The notes under the pieces: generated by a model
What the model was told of the DNA's origin: nothing
What the model saw: the letters and a program-made list of their open reading frames with translations, nothing else
The model's database searches: none
In this document: piece by piece, positions 38,964 to 48,464 of the stretch
Layout: every line of letters begins with the position of its first letter
Position numbering within the stretch: position 1 is the first letter of the stretch
Source: a virus
Taxonomy: Duplodnaviria; Caudoviricetes
Direction: 5' to 3' (one strand)
Virus record (IMG/VR): IMGVR_UViG_3300020048_000138
Location: 103-64,102 of that record
Length of the DNA: 64,000 bases
Made by a program: the position numbers and the translations under genes

Positions 38964-40811
38964 TTAGCTCCTTTTTGCTTGTCCTTTATTAGACGTTTTC
39001 TGCATGTTGGCGTCTTTTAAAGCTTTGTCTAATGCTAGTTTTGTAGCGCGTTCTACGTCCTGTGGATTACCACCATTTATTGTCTGTTGTAATGTAATAG
39101 TATTAGTTTGACTAGACTGACTATTAGATATAGTAGGTGAAGGCACAGCAAAATTATAAGGTAATGGTTTGTCGCCCATAACACTGTTAAATACAGTCGG
39201 ACCTGCAAAGTCCATACCGCCTATATTTTTAAAAGCATTAAATGCTCCTGCCGCCATTTTATATATAGAACTATCAGAAATTTTGTTCTTGAATGCGTCC
39301 CACTTTTCAGATAACCAATTCATAAAGTTTACAAAAGTAGTAGACCAATAATCAATAATACTGTTTAAGTTAAAGTTCTCTAAGCCAAATAGTGACGCGA
39401 TGCCTTTTACAACCAGGTCGATTGTATTAAGTATTGCCGCGTGTAATTGACTGAAGTCAAATGTGAAAAGAGCTCGAACTAAACCAGCTATAAATTCACC
39501 AGCAAGTCTAAGCATTTCAATAAATATGTAACCCGCTGCTGAATTTTCATGCCACCATTTAGTAACAGAGTCTGCTTCAGGGTCTGTGAAAAATGTAAAC
39601 ACGTCTTCTATGTAAAGTATAATAGCAAGTAAAGCTGCACCAAATAAGAATATACCACCAAGTCCAACTGTGAAGAATGAACCTATAGCCGTAAATCCAT
39701 TAACAACTGTAGCTAAAGCCTGGAAACCACTCATAGCACCCATAGCTGCACCAAGTTGCCACAAACGGGTTGTAAGCATACCTATGCCGAGTGCTATAGC
39801 ACTACCTGTTAAAAGAATGAATGCATCATAAATACCATTAATAGCGCCCTTTATCAATTCTCCATTGTCTACAAACCACTGTAAGTCGTCTGCTAATTTA
39901 CCTAGTATATCTACAAACAAAGTAAATAAATCAAAACCTCGTTCCAGCATAGTTAAGAATATGTCAGCGATTTTGTCACCGTTTTGGTTCATGTATTCTA
40001 ACACTTTAGCAAGGTATGGTTTTAATTTCTCATTTAAGGCTATACCAACTTTTCTAGCTATCAATTCCCATGTTTCAGCTATTGCCTGAAGTCTACCACC
40101 CGTTGTTTTAGACTTTGTGTCAGTCATATTGAAAAACATGCCACCCGCTGAAGTCATTCGTTTAAAAGCTTCAGTTACCATATCAGCTGAAATTCTACGA
40201 CCAGATATATCAGCTTTTATCTGTTGAGCAGTTTTACCTGTCATCTTAGATAACTCAGCTAATATAGGTACACCGCCCGTTATAAAGTCTCTAAGTTCTC
40301 TACCCGTTAAAACACCAGCTGATAAAACCTGTCCATAGTTTAAAGCTAGTCTTTTAAAGGTTAGATTTGGTAGTGCCGCCGTTATATCGCCAAGCATCTG
40401 CATTGTTGTTATAATGTTGTCAGCAGGAGTTCCCATAGCAAGAAGCATAGACGCATTAGATTCTACTTCGCGAATGCTGAATGCTGATTCTACTGCTAAC
40501 TTATTAAGGTCTTTCAGCATTTTAGCGGCTTTAGACTCGGACCCTAACATAACAGTAAAACTAGCCATAGCTGTTTCTTGTGCAGCTCCAGCTTCTACAA
40601 AATAACCAAATGCGTCTACAACACCTTGAATTGTATTTTTTAGAGTATAATAAGCATAACGTAACATATTAAGTTTGTTAACAGCACTAATAACACTAAT
40701 GTCGTCTACCATTTTATTAAACTTATGTATAGTACCTGTAGTGTCTTGAAGTGACGTAGCGTCCACTTTGAACATTATGTTTACTACTACATCTCTTAGT
40801 GTTAAAGTCAT
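38964..40811 (-). CDS. Tape measure protein
   Basis: Tape_meas-like N-terminus (MLGSESKA...NYGQV...ELRDF...GVPI) and hydrophobic C-terminal part. Confidence 0.92.
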   Translation of the reverse strand: MTLTLRDVVVNIMFKVDATSLQDTTGTIHKFNKMVDDISVISAVNKLNMLRYAYYTLKNTIQGVVDAFGYFVEAGAAQETAMASFTVMLGSESKAAKMLKDLNKLAVESAFSIREVESNASMLLAMGTPADNIITTMQMLGDITAALPNLTFKRLALNYGQVLSAGVLTGRELRDFITGGVPILAELSKMTGKTAQQIKADISGRRISADMVTEAFKRMTSAGGMFFNMTDTKSKTTGGRLQAIAETWELIARKVGIALNEKLKPYLAKVLEYMNQNGDKIADIFLTMLERGFDLFTLFVDILGKLADDLQWFVDNGELIKGAINGIYDAFILLTGSAIALGIGMLTTRLWQLGAAMGAMSGFQALATVVNGFTAIGSFFTVGLGGIFLFGAALLAIILYIEDVFTFFTDPEADSVTKWWHENSAAGYIFIEMLRLAGEFIAGLVRALFTFDFSQLHAAILNTIDLVVKGIASLFGLENFNLNSIIDYWSTTFVNFMNWLSEKWDAFKNKISDSSIYKMAAGAFNAFKNIGGMDFAGPTVFNSVMGDKPLPYNFAVPSPTISNSQSSQTNTITLQQTINGGNPQDVERATKLALDKALKDANMQKTSNKGQAKRS

Positions 40812-40822
40812 TAATGACTCCC

Positions 40823-40981
40823 TTAATCGTTCTGTTTACTATAAAACGCATTAGCTTCAGCCTGTATGTCCAAAGCCTCATGCGCATCCATTAAATCACA
40901 TAAAGTCCAATGCGTATCCAGTTCTTTAAGAGTAACCATTCCGGCTAGAATGGGTCTCCATATAAACATAGATATTGTCAT
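40823..40981 (-). CDS. Second tail assembly chaperone ORF (52 aa, missing from the ORF track)
   Basis: MTISMFIWRPILAGMVTLKELDTHWTLCDLMDAHEALD...; lies in the -1 frame of the upstream chaperone with an ATGA overlap. Confidence 0.8.
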   Translation of the reverse strand: MTISMFIWRPILAGMVTLKELDTHWTLCDLMDAHEALDIQAEANAFYSKQND

Positions 40982-41442
40982 TTCTCCTGGGTTAAAACTG
41001 GAGCCGGTGTCACTGCTTGAAGAAGCTCTAACCCTACGTCGAAAAAATTTGAGTAGTAATGTTTTGCTGCTTCATACAATAATTTGTACATAGCCATAAG
41101 TTTATTGTTAAAAATAATGTCTATGTTGTCTTTAACATTGCCCTTACCGGTACAAACACACGCAGAAAAAAGTGTATCAATAATAGGGTCAACTACGTCT
41201 GGTTTCATGCAGGCCATAATAGCTTTCACTATTTCTTTTACTACGTCCATTTTCTGCGAATTAGCCGTAAGTTTAGTCAAATCAATTTTAGCATTGTCCA
41301 AATTGTCAATCAATGGTTGTCCTAAAATACCTGATATAAGTACCAGAACTTTAGTTAACTCACGAGGGGAAACATTGTAAAATGTGTAAGTATCACCATC
41401 AATTATAACTTGATGATTTGCTGTGTTCTGTGTAACGCTCAT
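40978..41442 (-). CDS. Tail assembly chaperone
   Basis: Between the tube and tape measure genes; slippery site near the 3' end. Confidence 0.78.
   Translation of the reverse strand: MSVTQNTANHQVIIDGDTYTFYNVSPRELTKVLVLISGILGQPLIDNLDNAKIDLTKLTANSQKMDVVKEIVKAIMACMKPDVVDPIIDTLFSACVCTGKGNVKDNIDIIFNNKLMAMYKLLYEAAKHYYSNFFDVGLELLQAVTPAPVLTQEK
41041..41050 (-). promoter_or_regulatory. Predicted -1 ribosomal frameshift site
   Basis: Minus strand TCA AAT TTT TTC contains A AAT TTT and T TTT TTC heptamers; the -1 frame is open into 40823..40981. Confidence 0.65.
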
Positions 41443-41454
41443 AAGTACCTCCTC

Positions 41455-41880
41455 TTATGAAAATAAGTCTGTAATAGAATCAAGGACACTTGTACCACCG
41501 ACTACATTAACAAGTATAAGTCCTTTTATTACCCATTGTCTATCCTCAACGGACTTTGCATAAGTAGCTGTAGGCATTCTGGTAATAACACCTTTAGTCA
41601 TAATATGCAATGAAACACCGTTTGTGTCAATAACAGCTACAGGTATTACGCCCCCGACAAGTAAGTTTACACCAAGAAGTAAATTAAGATTACTAGTTTG
41701 TGGCATATCCACAGTAATTGTACCTTCTACAACCTTCTTTTTGTTTCTGGACAATTCACCGTGCGTGCCTTTTACTATTTTATTACGGTCTTCTGTTTCT
41801 ACCGTAATTTTATTAAAAGTGTACAGTGGAGCAACTCCAGCTAACATAAACACTTTGGCGGGGGCGTAAGTATGTATCAT
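41455..41880 (-). CDS. Tail tube protein paralog 2 (DUF3277-like)
   Basis: HTYAPAKV...ITVDMPQTS...EDRQWVI. Confidence 0.8.
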   Translation of the reverse strand: MIHTYAPAKVFMLAGVAPLYTFNKITVETEDRNKIVKGTHGELSRNKKKVVEGTITVDMPQTSNLNLLLGVNLLVGGVIPVAVIDTNGVSLHIMTKGVITRMPTATYAKSVEDRQWVIKGLILVNVVGGTSVLDSITDLFS

Positions 41881-41889
41881 TTCTACTCC

Positions 41890-42330
41890 TTATACGTTGC
41901 CTTCCAGGCCTCTTTCATTTAGTTGACCTACAAAAACCCATGAACGGTCTGTAACAGAAGCTTCATAACTGTTGCCAGGTCGTTTCTGTGGTGTTCCTTC
42001 AGACATAACATCTCTTGAACCACCCAGATTATCTGTTACGGTAACACTTGCAAATCTTTCATTTGCAGGTTTAGTTATGTCATTGTAGTTGTCACGAATT
42101 GACTTGTATAATGCTGTCAGTTTTGAATTTTTCAAAGCAGTCTGAGGTAAATCAATAGTGATTTTACCATTTTCATTGTGCTTGATAGTTCTTGTCGGTT
42201 CACCAGTAGTCGCAGCAGACATTTCTACTCCGTCCTCGTCGTCTTCAATAGTAACTTTTGTAAACTGGTCTATAATAAAACCATTTACAATAACAGATAC
42301 TTCTTTCGGTGAGTATGTTCTTGTACTCAT
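41890..42330 (-). CDS. Tail tube protein paralog 1 (DUF3277-like)
   Basis: RTYSPKEV...ITIDLPQTA...TDRSWVF. Confidence 0.85.
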   Translation of the reverse strand: MSTRTYSPKEVSVIVNGFIIDQFTKVTIEDDEDGVEMSAATTGEPTRTIKHNENGKITIDLPQTALKNSKLTALYKSIRDNYNDITKPANERFASVTVTDNLGGSRDVMSEGTPQKRPGNSYEASVTDRSWVFVGQLNERGLEGNV

Positions 42331-42340
42331 AAATACCTCC

Positions 42341-43711
42341 TTAGTAACTTACGCTGCCGTCAATGTACACTTTTTTAATTCCGCCTTTAAGCTTAGCTTT
42401 AAACTTTACGTTTCTGAGTATACGAGCAGTTTTGTCAGCTGTAGGCACATCCTTTGCTTTAGGCGCAGATACCACAATGGAACTCTGCAAAATAAGGTTG
42501 GAACCTACACCATAAATAATAAGACCGTTAAACACAGTCGCTTTTATTACGTCAATGCCTGGGTCATCAAATGGCAACTTTTCTTCAGGCACAATGGTAC
42601 CAAATATTAACTCAGCCAAACGGGCTTTAAGGTACATGATGCCAGTTGTGTCATCAGCAAATTCGCCATCACCCATAACTCCGTCCTGCATCATATTGTA
42701 ACCATTACTTTCTTCATAAAAGTTACAATTTTTTGTACGAAGGTAAGAACGCTGTGTTGAATTGAAACTAGACACAAGAACGCCAGCCAACTGTCTAAAG
42801 TAGTAAGTTGAAGACCCTGGAGTCTTTGTCAACTGTAACCCAAGGATAGCAGCCGCTGTTTTGTTATCAGCTGTGTGGGAGTAAATACAGAATGTGTGAC
42901 CAAGACTAGCTGCTTTAAGCTTACTAGGCAAGTCAGCAGGTGTACCAGAATTGTAAGTAGCGGCAAGAATTGTAGCATCATTGGAAACATAAGCAAAAAT
43001 CTTGTCATCAGCTTCAACAGCCTGAGCAAGCGCGTAAGCGTCTGTATCATCAAATGCGGTTGTAATAACAACACCAAAAAACTTGTCGTTAGCTTCTTTT
43101 ACAGCAGAATAACCTGCAGTAATAGTTTCTGTAGCAGAACCGTAAGTAATTACAGTTACGCTTCCAACCGTTGTAGGTGAAAGACTGTTACTTGTAACAG
43201 AAAGAGTCGCTTTTGCGGCACTTGCGTCCGCACCTGTAAACTCGACATAAAAACCAGCTGCAGCAGTTGTTCCGCCAACAGTACCAGTTGTTACAGTAAC
43301 TTCAGCTATACCAGTAAGAGCTTCAAGTGCTGCTTTAATTTCAGCAAATGTATCGTCCCAGTTAATTGCTGCAGTTTCTTCTGCACCAAATGTAAGTTTA
43401 AATGTACCACTTGTAGGTATAACAGTAAATGCAACAAGTTGTTTCGCATTCTGGTTTTTAAGAATACGACCGACAAGAAATTTTTCAGGTTGTCTGGACT
43501 GACTCATTGCAGCCAAAGCATTTTTGTAAACGTCACTTGCGTCACTTATACCAGCACTAAGAAGTTCATCAGGACTGGTGAACTCTCTTACTCTGTCTTC
43601 CCACAAAGTGATTTCATCCAAAATACAAGTAGTACCAAAATCTGCCACGTTAAAACGTACAGTTTCATTGGTAATGTTAACAACTACTGTATCTTTGATA
43701 GTCGCTGTCAT
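42341..43711 (-). CDS. Tail sheath protein (DUF3383-like)
   Basis: Large ORF before the tube genes; C-terminal NCNFY...GEFAD...KLPFDDPG. Confidence 0.88.
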   Translation of the reverse strand: MTATIKDTVVVNITNETVRFNVADFGTTCILDEITLWEDRVREFTSPDELLSAGISDASDVYKNALAAMSQSRQPEKFLVGRILKNQNAKQLVAFTVIPTSGTFKLTFGAEETAAINWDDTFAEIKAALEALTGIAEVTVTTGTVGGTTAAAGFYVEFTGADASAAKATLSVTSNSLSPTTVGSVTVITYGSATETITAGYSAVKEANDKFFGVVITTAFDDTDAYALAQAVEADDKIFAYVSNDATILAATYNSGTPADLPSKLKAASLGHTFCIYSHTADNKTAAAILGLQLTKTPGSSTYYFRQLAGVLVSSFNSTQRSYLRTKNCNFYEESNGYNMMQDGVMGDGEFADDTTGIMYLKARLAELIFGTIVPEEKLPFDDPGIDVIKATVFNGLIIYGVGSNLILQSSIVVSAPKAKDVPTADKTARILRNVKFKAKLKGGIKKVYIDGSVSY

Positions 43712-43722
43712 TGTTACCTCCT

Positions 43723-44220
43723 TTAGGGTTCGTAAATAATTTTATCTACGTGTTCAATAATACCACGGGATGTTTCAACAGTTGTCTTAGACCCGAATCT
43801 AAAGTCAACATTAGAAACATACTCAAATTTATCTCCGATAGGTCTACGAGCTGAACCAATACCAATAGTTTGCATACAAGAAAGACCTTGTGTATACAAA
43901 TTTTCCTTGTACGGGTTCAAATATGAGGACCTGTCAATGTTATTCGCTATTACATCTGCATCAACGTCACTAACAGCAACACATCGTAGGTCAAAAAACT
44001 CTGTGAAATCCGCGTTCCAAGTACCATCGTCTTTCGCATCGTTGTAGCTCTGCTCCGGCATGTGTGTAGCACGTCTAGGTTTAATTACCATTAAACTTAC
44101 AAAAGGTTTAACAGGCCTAATGTTAGCTTCATTAGTCCAAAATACTTGTATGGATGGCCCTACTATACTTGATACCCATGCATAAATAGCATCCATTTCT
44201 ATGTTAGTTAAACCGTACAT
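43723..44220 (-). CDS. Neck/tail terminator protein
   Basis: RPVKPFVSL; position before the sheath. Confidence 0.7.
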   Translation of the reverse strand: MYGLTNIEMDAIYAWVSSIVGPSIQVFWTNEANIRPVKPFVSLMVIKPRRATHMPEQSYNDAKDDGTWNADFTEFFDLRCVAVSDVDADVIANNIDRSSYLNPYKENLYTQGLSCMQTIGIGSARRPIGDKFEYVSNVDFRFGSKTTVETSRGIIEHVDKIIYEP

Positions 44221-44567
44221 TAATCCTCCATACTAACTAAGACATATCTGTAATGTCTAGCTGTAGGTACAAATTTACTATAGTCACTAAGTCTCATTAC
44301 TTTGTACTTTTTATTTTCCCACACAACTACATCAAGTTCGTTTAATTTAATAGTAGTATACAGTTTCTTGTAACTTTTGTGTGAGTTACCGTCTACAACC
44401 AGGTTTATTCTGTCTAACGCCTCCGGTGCAAATTCAGACAAATCTACTGGCATTATGCAGCCTCTGTATACAAATGTACCTATTAGTGTTTTTACTAAAC
44501 GGCCATTAACATAAGTTTCATAGTACTTAAGCACTAGTATTTGTTCATTTTCTAACAAACGCCTCAT
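44220..44567 (-). CDS. Head closure/stopper protein
   Basis: DVVVWENKKYKV pattern; position in the neck cluster. Confidence 0.65.
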   Translation of the reverse strand: MRRLLENEQILVLKYYETYVNGRLVKTLIGTFVYRGCIMPVDLSEFAPEALDRINLVVDGNSHKSYKKLYTTIKLNELDVVVWENKKYKVMRLSDYSKFVPTARHYRYVLVSMED

Positions 44568-45058
44568 ACATTACTCCCTTGTATTGTCTGATACGTTATA
44601 GCATTCAACATGTCATCAGTCCATCTAAGTACGTGTGGGTTTTTTATGCCTTCCCGTTTCTTCCTGTCCACTGTTTCTGGTGCATTCGGTAAAGCCCAGT
44701 TATCAGCATCTTTTATTTTATTCTTTACCATTTTAACGTACCGTTTACCAAGTGCTTTTAAAGCTGGCTTTAACTTAAATGTATCAAACTTTGGGTCTGT
44801 AAACACACTGTCAAATATACGTTGTACTTCCTCTTCGTCACTAAACGCTTCTGTTAGAAAAGGTCTAGCAGGTACATTCTGCTCAGGGTTTCCTACTTCA
44901 GCTGTATAAGCTTTAATAGCATTCTCCGTGTCATTAATAATACCAACTTTTATGCCACACTTGTCAGAATGTATAAGTTCAGCTATAATTTTATTAGCGG
45001 CACTTGGCATTAACACTGACTTAACAGTGATTGTTACACTCTCTAAACCTTTTACCAT
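44564..45058 (-). CDS. Neck/tail completion protein (HK97 gp10-like)
   Basis: VPARPFL, PNAPETVDRK, VLRWTDDMLNAITY. Confidence 0.75.
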   Translation of the reverse strand: MVKGLESVTITVKSVLMPSAANKIIAELIHSDKCGIKVGIINDTENAIKAYTAEVGNPEQNVPARPFLTEAFSDEEEVQRIFDSVFTDPKFDTFKLKPALKALGKRYVKMVKNKIKDADNWALPNAPETVDRKKREGIKNPHVLRWTDDMLNAITYQTIQGSNV

Positions 45059-45699
45059 TATAGAAACGTAAAGTAATGACGTTTATAAATGTCCCAGTAT
45101 ATTTCACCGTACTTAGTACTGGAAAATATGTTCTGGTCCGGTGTAGCCATAATCATTGAAGCACCTGTTCTGTACTGTACGTCACCAACTATATCCCATC
45201 TAGCTGAGTTTAACGGTGAAGCACTAGTTTCATCGGCTGACACAGTAAGAATGTGTGCCATTAAATATCTCTGGGCTCTTTCTTGTTCTGTACTAAACAC
45301 TTCTTCCGTACACACAAGAATGACGTCCGCCAAAATAAGATTAAATAAGTCATCACCAGGATAAGAAGGTTGAACAACTGTTTCCGAAAGATATGCGTGA
45401 TAGGCATAAGAAAAGGTGATAGGAGGATTCGCTGCAGTTAACAAGAGCGTCCCGTTTCCATTGTTCAATTTAGTAACAAGAGTACTAAGCATTGCGTCGT
45501 ATAGTCCGCTTATTATCTCTTGTGCCGTTGTTCCAACGCCTGATGTATAACTGTACGAAGTGCCGTTTACGGCGATAAAATATACAGTGTTATCCATTAC
45601 AGTAACTACTGAAAATAATACGGCCAATTGCGTATTAACTACTTTAGGAGCTAACTCAGGTGCTATTAAAAGCACATTATTTTTTGTTGTATTGCTCAT
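45058..45699 (-). CDS. Head-tail adaptor (DUF4054-like C-terminus)
   Basis: RYLMAHIL...GDVQY...STKYGEIYW. Confidence 0.75.
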   Translation of the reverse strand: MSNTTKNNVLLIAPELAPKVVNTQLAVLFSVVTVMDNTVYFIAVNGTSYSYTSGVGTTAQEIISGLYDAMLSTLVTKLNNGNGTLLLTAANPPITFSYAYHAYLSETVVQPSYPGDDLFNLILADVILVCTEEVFSTEQERAQRYLMAHILTVSADETSASPLNSARWDIVGDVQYRTGASMIMATPDQNIFSSTKYGEIYWDIYKRHYFTFL

Positions 45700-46003
45700 T
45701 AGTGTCCTTCTTAAAATGTTGCTCTAAACATACATAGTAAGACTTCATAGTTTCTCTATGAAGTTTAAATTCAACCAAACAATCCAGTAACACAGTAAAC
45801 TTTTCCATATCAGTTTCAGCATACTGTAAATCATCACAAGTAGGATAATTCACTGGTTTGATACACGTGTTTATCGGTTCTTTATAAACCGGTATATACT
45901 CTTTTTGGACTGTACTACAACTAATAATTAGTAGTGAGTATAGTGCCAATACGAAGCCATATTGCATCAAACTTCTGCTCCTGTTTAGCTTTGTTAACCG
46001 CAT
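45677..46003 (-). CDS. o-spanin (Rz1-like lipoprotein)
   Basis: Lipobox LLIISC; probable start MQYGF at 45967; overlaps the i-spanin. Confidence 0.7.
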   Translation of the reverse strand: MRLTKLNRSRSLMQYGFVLALYSLLIISCSTVQKEYIPVYKEPINTCIKPVNYPTCDDLQYAETDMEKFTVLLDCLVEFKLHRETMKSYYVCLEQHFKKDTNEQYNKK

Positions 46004-46328
46004 CTTTATTGCTTTTCAGTTCATTTGGTTTCTTGTTGTAAATGCTAGTATTCTTTGCAGCATTTACTTGGCCAGCTTTTAAACCTTCTTCATACTTTAT
46101 GTTTATCTGTTCAAGCATACCACTTTTTATCTTTTCTTTGTCTAAATCACACTGTGTTTCAGTAGTCTTGACTTTAAGTTCAAGATTCACTATATCAGTT
46201 TTCAACGACCCATTAATGTAGCCTAATATACAAACTGTAACAAATAAACTTACTATTACAAACAGTGTTATAAAAATAACTTTATTTTTTATAGCTTCCA
46301 TAAAAAGTCCTATACCAAAAAATCCCAT
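45921..46328 (-). CDS. i-spanin (Rz-like)
   Basis: N-terminal transmembrane helix followed by coiled coil. Confidence 0.7.
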   Translation of the reverse strand: MGFFGIGLFMEAIKNKVIFITLFVIVSLFVTVCILGYINGSLKTDIVNLELKVKTTETQCDLDKEKIKSGMLEQINIKYEEGLKAGQVNAAKNTSIYNKKPNELKSNKDAVNKAKQEQKFDAIWLRIGTILTTNY

Positions 46329-46341
46329 AAAACCTCCAAGT

Positions 46342-46363
46342 GAAGGGGACTTTCGTCCCCTTC
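46342..46363 (-). terminator. Intrinsic terminator after the capsid genes
   Basis: GAAGGGGAC-GAAA-GTCCCCTTC on the minus strand (GNRA loop). Confidence 0.75.
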
Positions 46364-46369
46364 TATTTG

Positions 46370-47347
46370 TTATGGTGTAGCATTCTTTGTAAGAGTCAGT
46401 GCACTTACTGTCTCATTACCAGCCGCGTCTACAACCTTCAGAGAAAGTGTAAACTCAGCATCTTCCTGGATACCAGCCCAACCGTTAAGTGAACTGATAA
46501 GGTCTGTTGAAGTTACAGCCGTGTATGCACCAGCTCCAACTTTAGCAGTAGCAGTACCTTCATTTTTAGTGAAAGTTAACTGTTCTGTACCATCAACACT
46601 TGCGTCGTCTGCTGGGTTTGTAATAGCAACAACTGGAGCCACTGTATCTTTTGTAAGATTCAATGTAGTAGTTGCTGTATTGCCTGCAGTGTCTGTTGCT
46701 TTAACTGACAATACAATAGCGCCCTGACCTGCCGCTGCAAAACCAGACAATGTACTAAACAAAGCACCCGTTGTAACAGTAGCATAAGCTGCGTTACCTA
46801 CTTTAGCCTGTACTGTAGCAGTTTCATCTACAGTAAAAGTAAGTGCTGTAGCGTTTCTTACATAACCATTGTCGGACGGTGTTGCTATAGTAAGACCAGG
46901 TGCGTCTGTGTCTCTTGTAAATGTAACTGATTCAGTGGTTGTAGCACCAAAGTCATCTGTTACTTTTACTTCAAGTGTAACTTCACCATCGCTCGCTTCA
47001 GCCCATCCACTTATAGTACTAAGAGCGTCTTCGTTTTCAACGTCTGCAAATGCTTCACTACCAAACCTTGCTTCGACTGTACCATTACTTATTGTAAAGG
47101 ATAGCAATGCACTTCCGTTAGATACGTCCCCAGCACCCGGACTAACAATCGTTAGTTCAGGCGCTACTGGTGGAGCCCAGTCTTCAGGACGACTTATTTC
47201 TTCAACGTTTAGTGTAGAAGCAAGGGCGGACTGGATTGTACCATTTCCAGTTGAGTAGTAAGTATTTTTAAACTGTGCTACTACAGAGTTTGTAACGTAC
47301 ACAGTTAAGTTTGGATACTTAGTACATCTGTAAAATTTGTTAGCCAT
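46370..47347 (-). CDS. Ig-like-domain head decoration protein (Hoc-like)
   Basis: Three ~85-aa repeats bounded by D..AP.L/V.I..P and VTDD/ATDT/VVDA-AGN motifs. Confidence 0.75.
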   Translation of the reverse strand: MANKFYRCTKYPNLTVYVTNSVVAQFKNTYYSTGNGTIQSALASTLNVEEISRPEDWAPPVAPELTIVSPGAGDVSNGSALLSFTISNGTVEARFGSEAFADVENEDALSTISGWAEASDGEVTLEVKVTDDFGATTTESVTFTRDTDAPGLTIATPSDNGYVRNATALTFTVDETATVQAKVGNAAYATVTTGALFSTLSGFAAAGQGAIVLSVKATDTAGNTATTTLNLTKDTVAPVVAITNPADDASVDGTEQLTFTKNEGTATAKVGAGAYTAVTSTDLISSLNGWAGIQEDAEFTLSLKVVDAAGNETVSALTLTKNATP

Positions 47348-47361
47348 ATCCGCCTCCTAAA

Positions 47362-48450
47362 TTACCAGGTTTTCTTAAGGTTAAATGCTCTTGCATGAGC
47401 TTCCTGCTGGAGAAGTTCAAATGTGAACTCACCAACAAGTGTACCTGTGGTTTTGTCACCACTTGGTCCCATGTAAGTGAAGAACCAGTTACGGCCCTTA
47501 AGAGGTTTTACGGTCATACGGTTTATGTCTATAAAGTAGAGTTCATCCGGACGAAGGTTTGCATTTGTTACGACATCAAACTGACCGAAATCAGTAAGAA
47601 TCTGGTTTACGTTAACGCCAGTAACATTGTCTGAACGAGGAATAACAAGTTTGCCATCGTTCAATGTACTGATTTTTCTTTTCTGCATTGTGGAAGAAAC
47701 GAATTTGTAGTTTCCGCCTGTAGCAAAACCACCAGCATCAATAACACTCTGCACCATATCGTTAAGGATACGTGAAGAAATGTCATTTCCGCTACCGTTA
47801 CTTACGTTTGAAGTAAGCCAATAACGAAGTCCGCCCATCTGACTGGTGTTTCCAGCTCTGTAACGCTGACCGTTAATAAGGGCTTTTTCAAGCTGAAGGG
47901 AAAGTTCGATAACTTTTTTCTGCTTCTCAGTTTCAATAAGGTTGTCCATACCGTACTGGTCAATCGCCTGAGCAGTGCCTGTAACTTCCACAGTATCGTC
48001 AAAAATCTGTGTGTAGTTAAACTTGTTAACTCTCTGTTTGTAGCGAGCCGCACGTGCATTTGCACCTTCTACGCCTTCAGTGAAACAAATTTCAACCTGA
48101 GCGCCACTGTCGTGTGTAGCAGCAGTTGTGCCTGCATAGCCTCTTGTGATAGTAAGAACGTTTGTAGCAATGTTCGATACAAGACACATTTCATCGTCAA
48201 TACGAATAACATGTCCGATTCTGAACATTGAACCGTCTGCTACAGTACAACCACCTGTACTAAGCATGCCAGCTGCGAGTACAGACTGAAAACCAAACAT
48301 TGAGTCTTCATTCCACTCGTGATTTGTGTTACCAGTTTCAGGACCAAAACCTAAAAGTGAAATCATAGGTATTACATGGGGCTGAAGTAAAAGCATTTCA
48401 TCTACTACGGAAAGTTTCTTTCCAATCAGTTCTGATGTGTAAATCGGCAT
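47362..48450 (-). CDS. Major capsid protein (DUF5309/SU10-like)
   Basis: FNYTQIFDDTVEVTGTAQA, MGGL, GEFTFE; optimized codons; follows the scaffold. Confidence 0.9.
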   Translation of the reverse strand: MPIYTSELIGKKLSVVDEMLLLQPHVIPMISLLGFGPETGNTNHEWNEDSMFGFQSVLAAGMLSTGGCTVADGSMFRIGHVIRIDDEMCLVSNIATNVLTITRGYAGTTAATHDSGAQVEICFTEGVEGANARAARYKQRVNKFNYTQIFDDTVEVTGTAQAIDQYGMDNLIETEKQKKVIELSLQLEKALINGQRYRAGNTSQMGGLRYWLTSNVSNGSGNDISSRILNDMVQSVIDAGGFATGGNYKFVSSTMQKRKISTLNDGKLVIPRSDNVTGVNVNQILTDFGQFDVVTNANLRPDELYFIDINRMTVKPLKGRNWFFTYMGPSGDKTTGTLVGEFTFELLQQEAHARAFNLKKTW

Positions 48451-48464
48451 TGTTTTCCTCCTGT

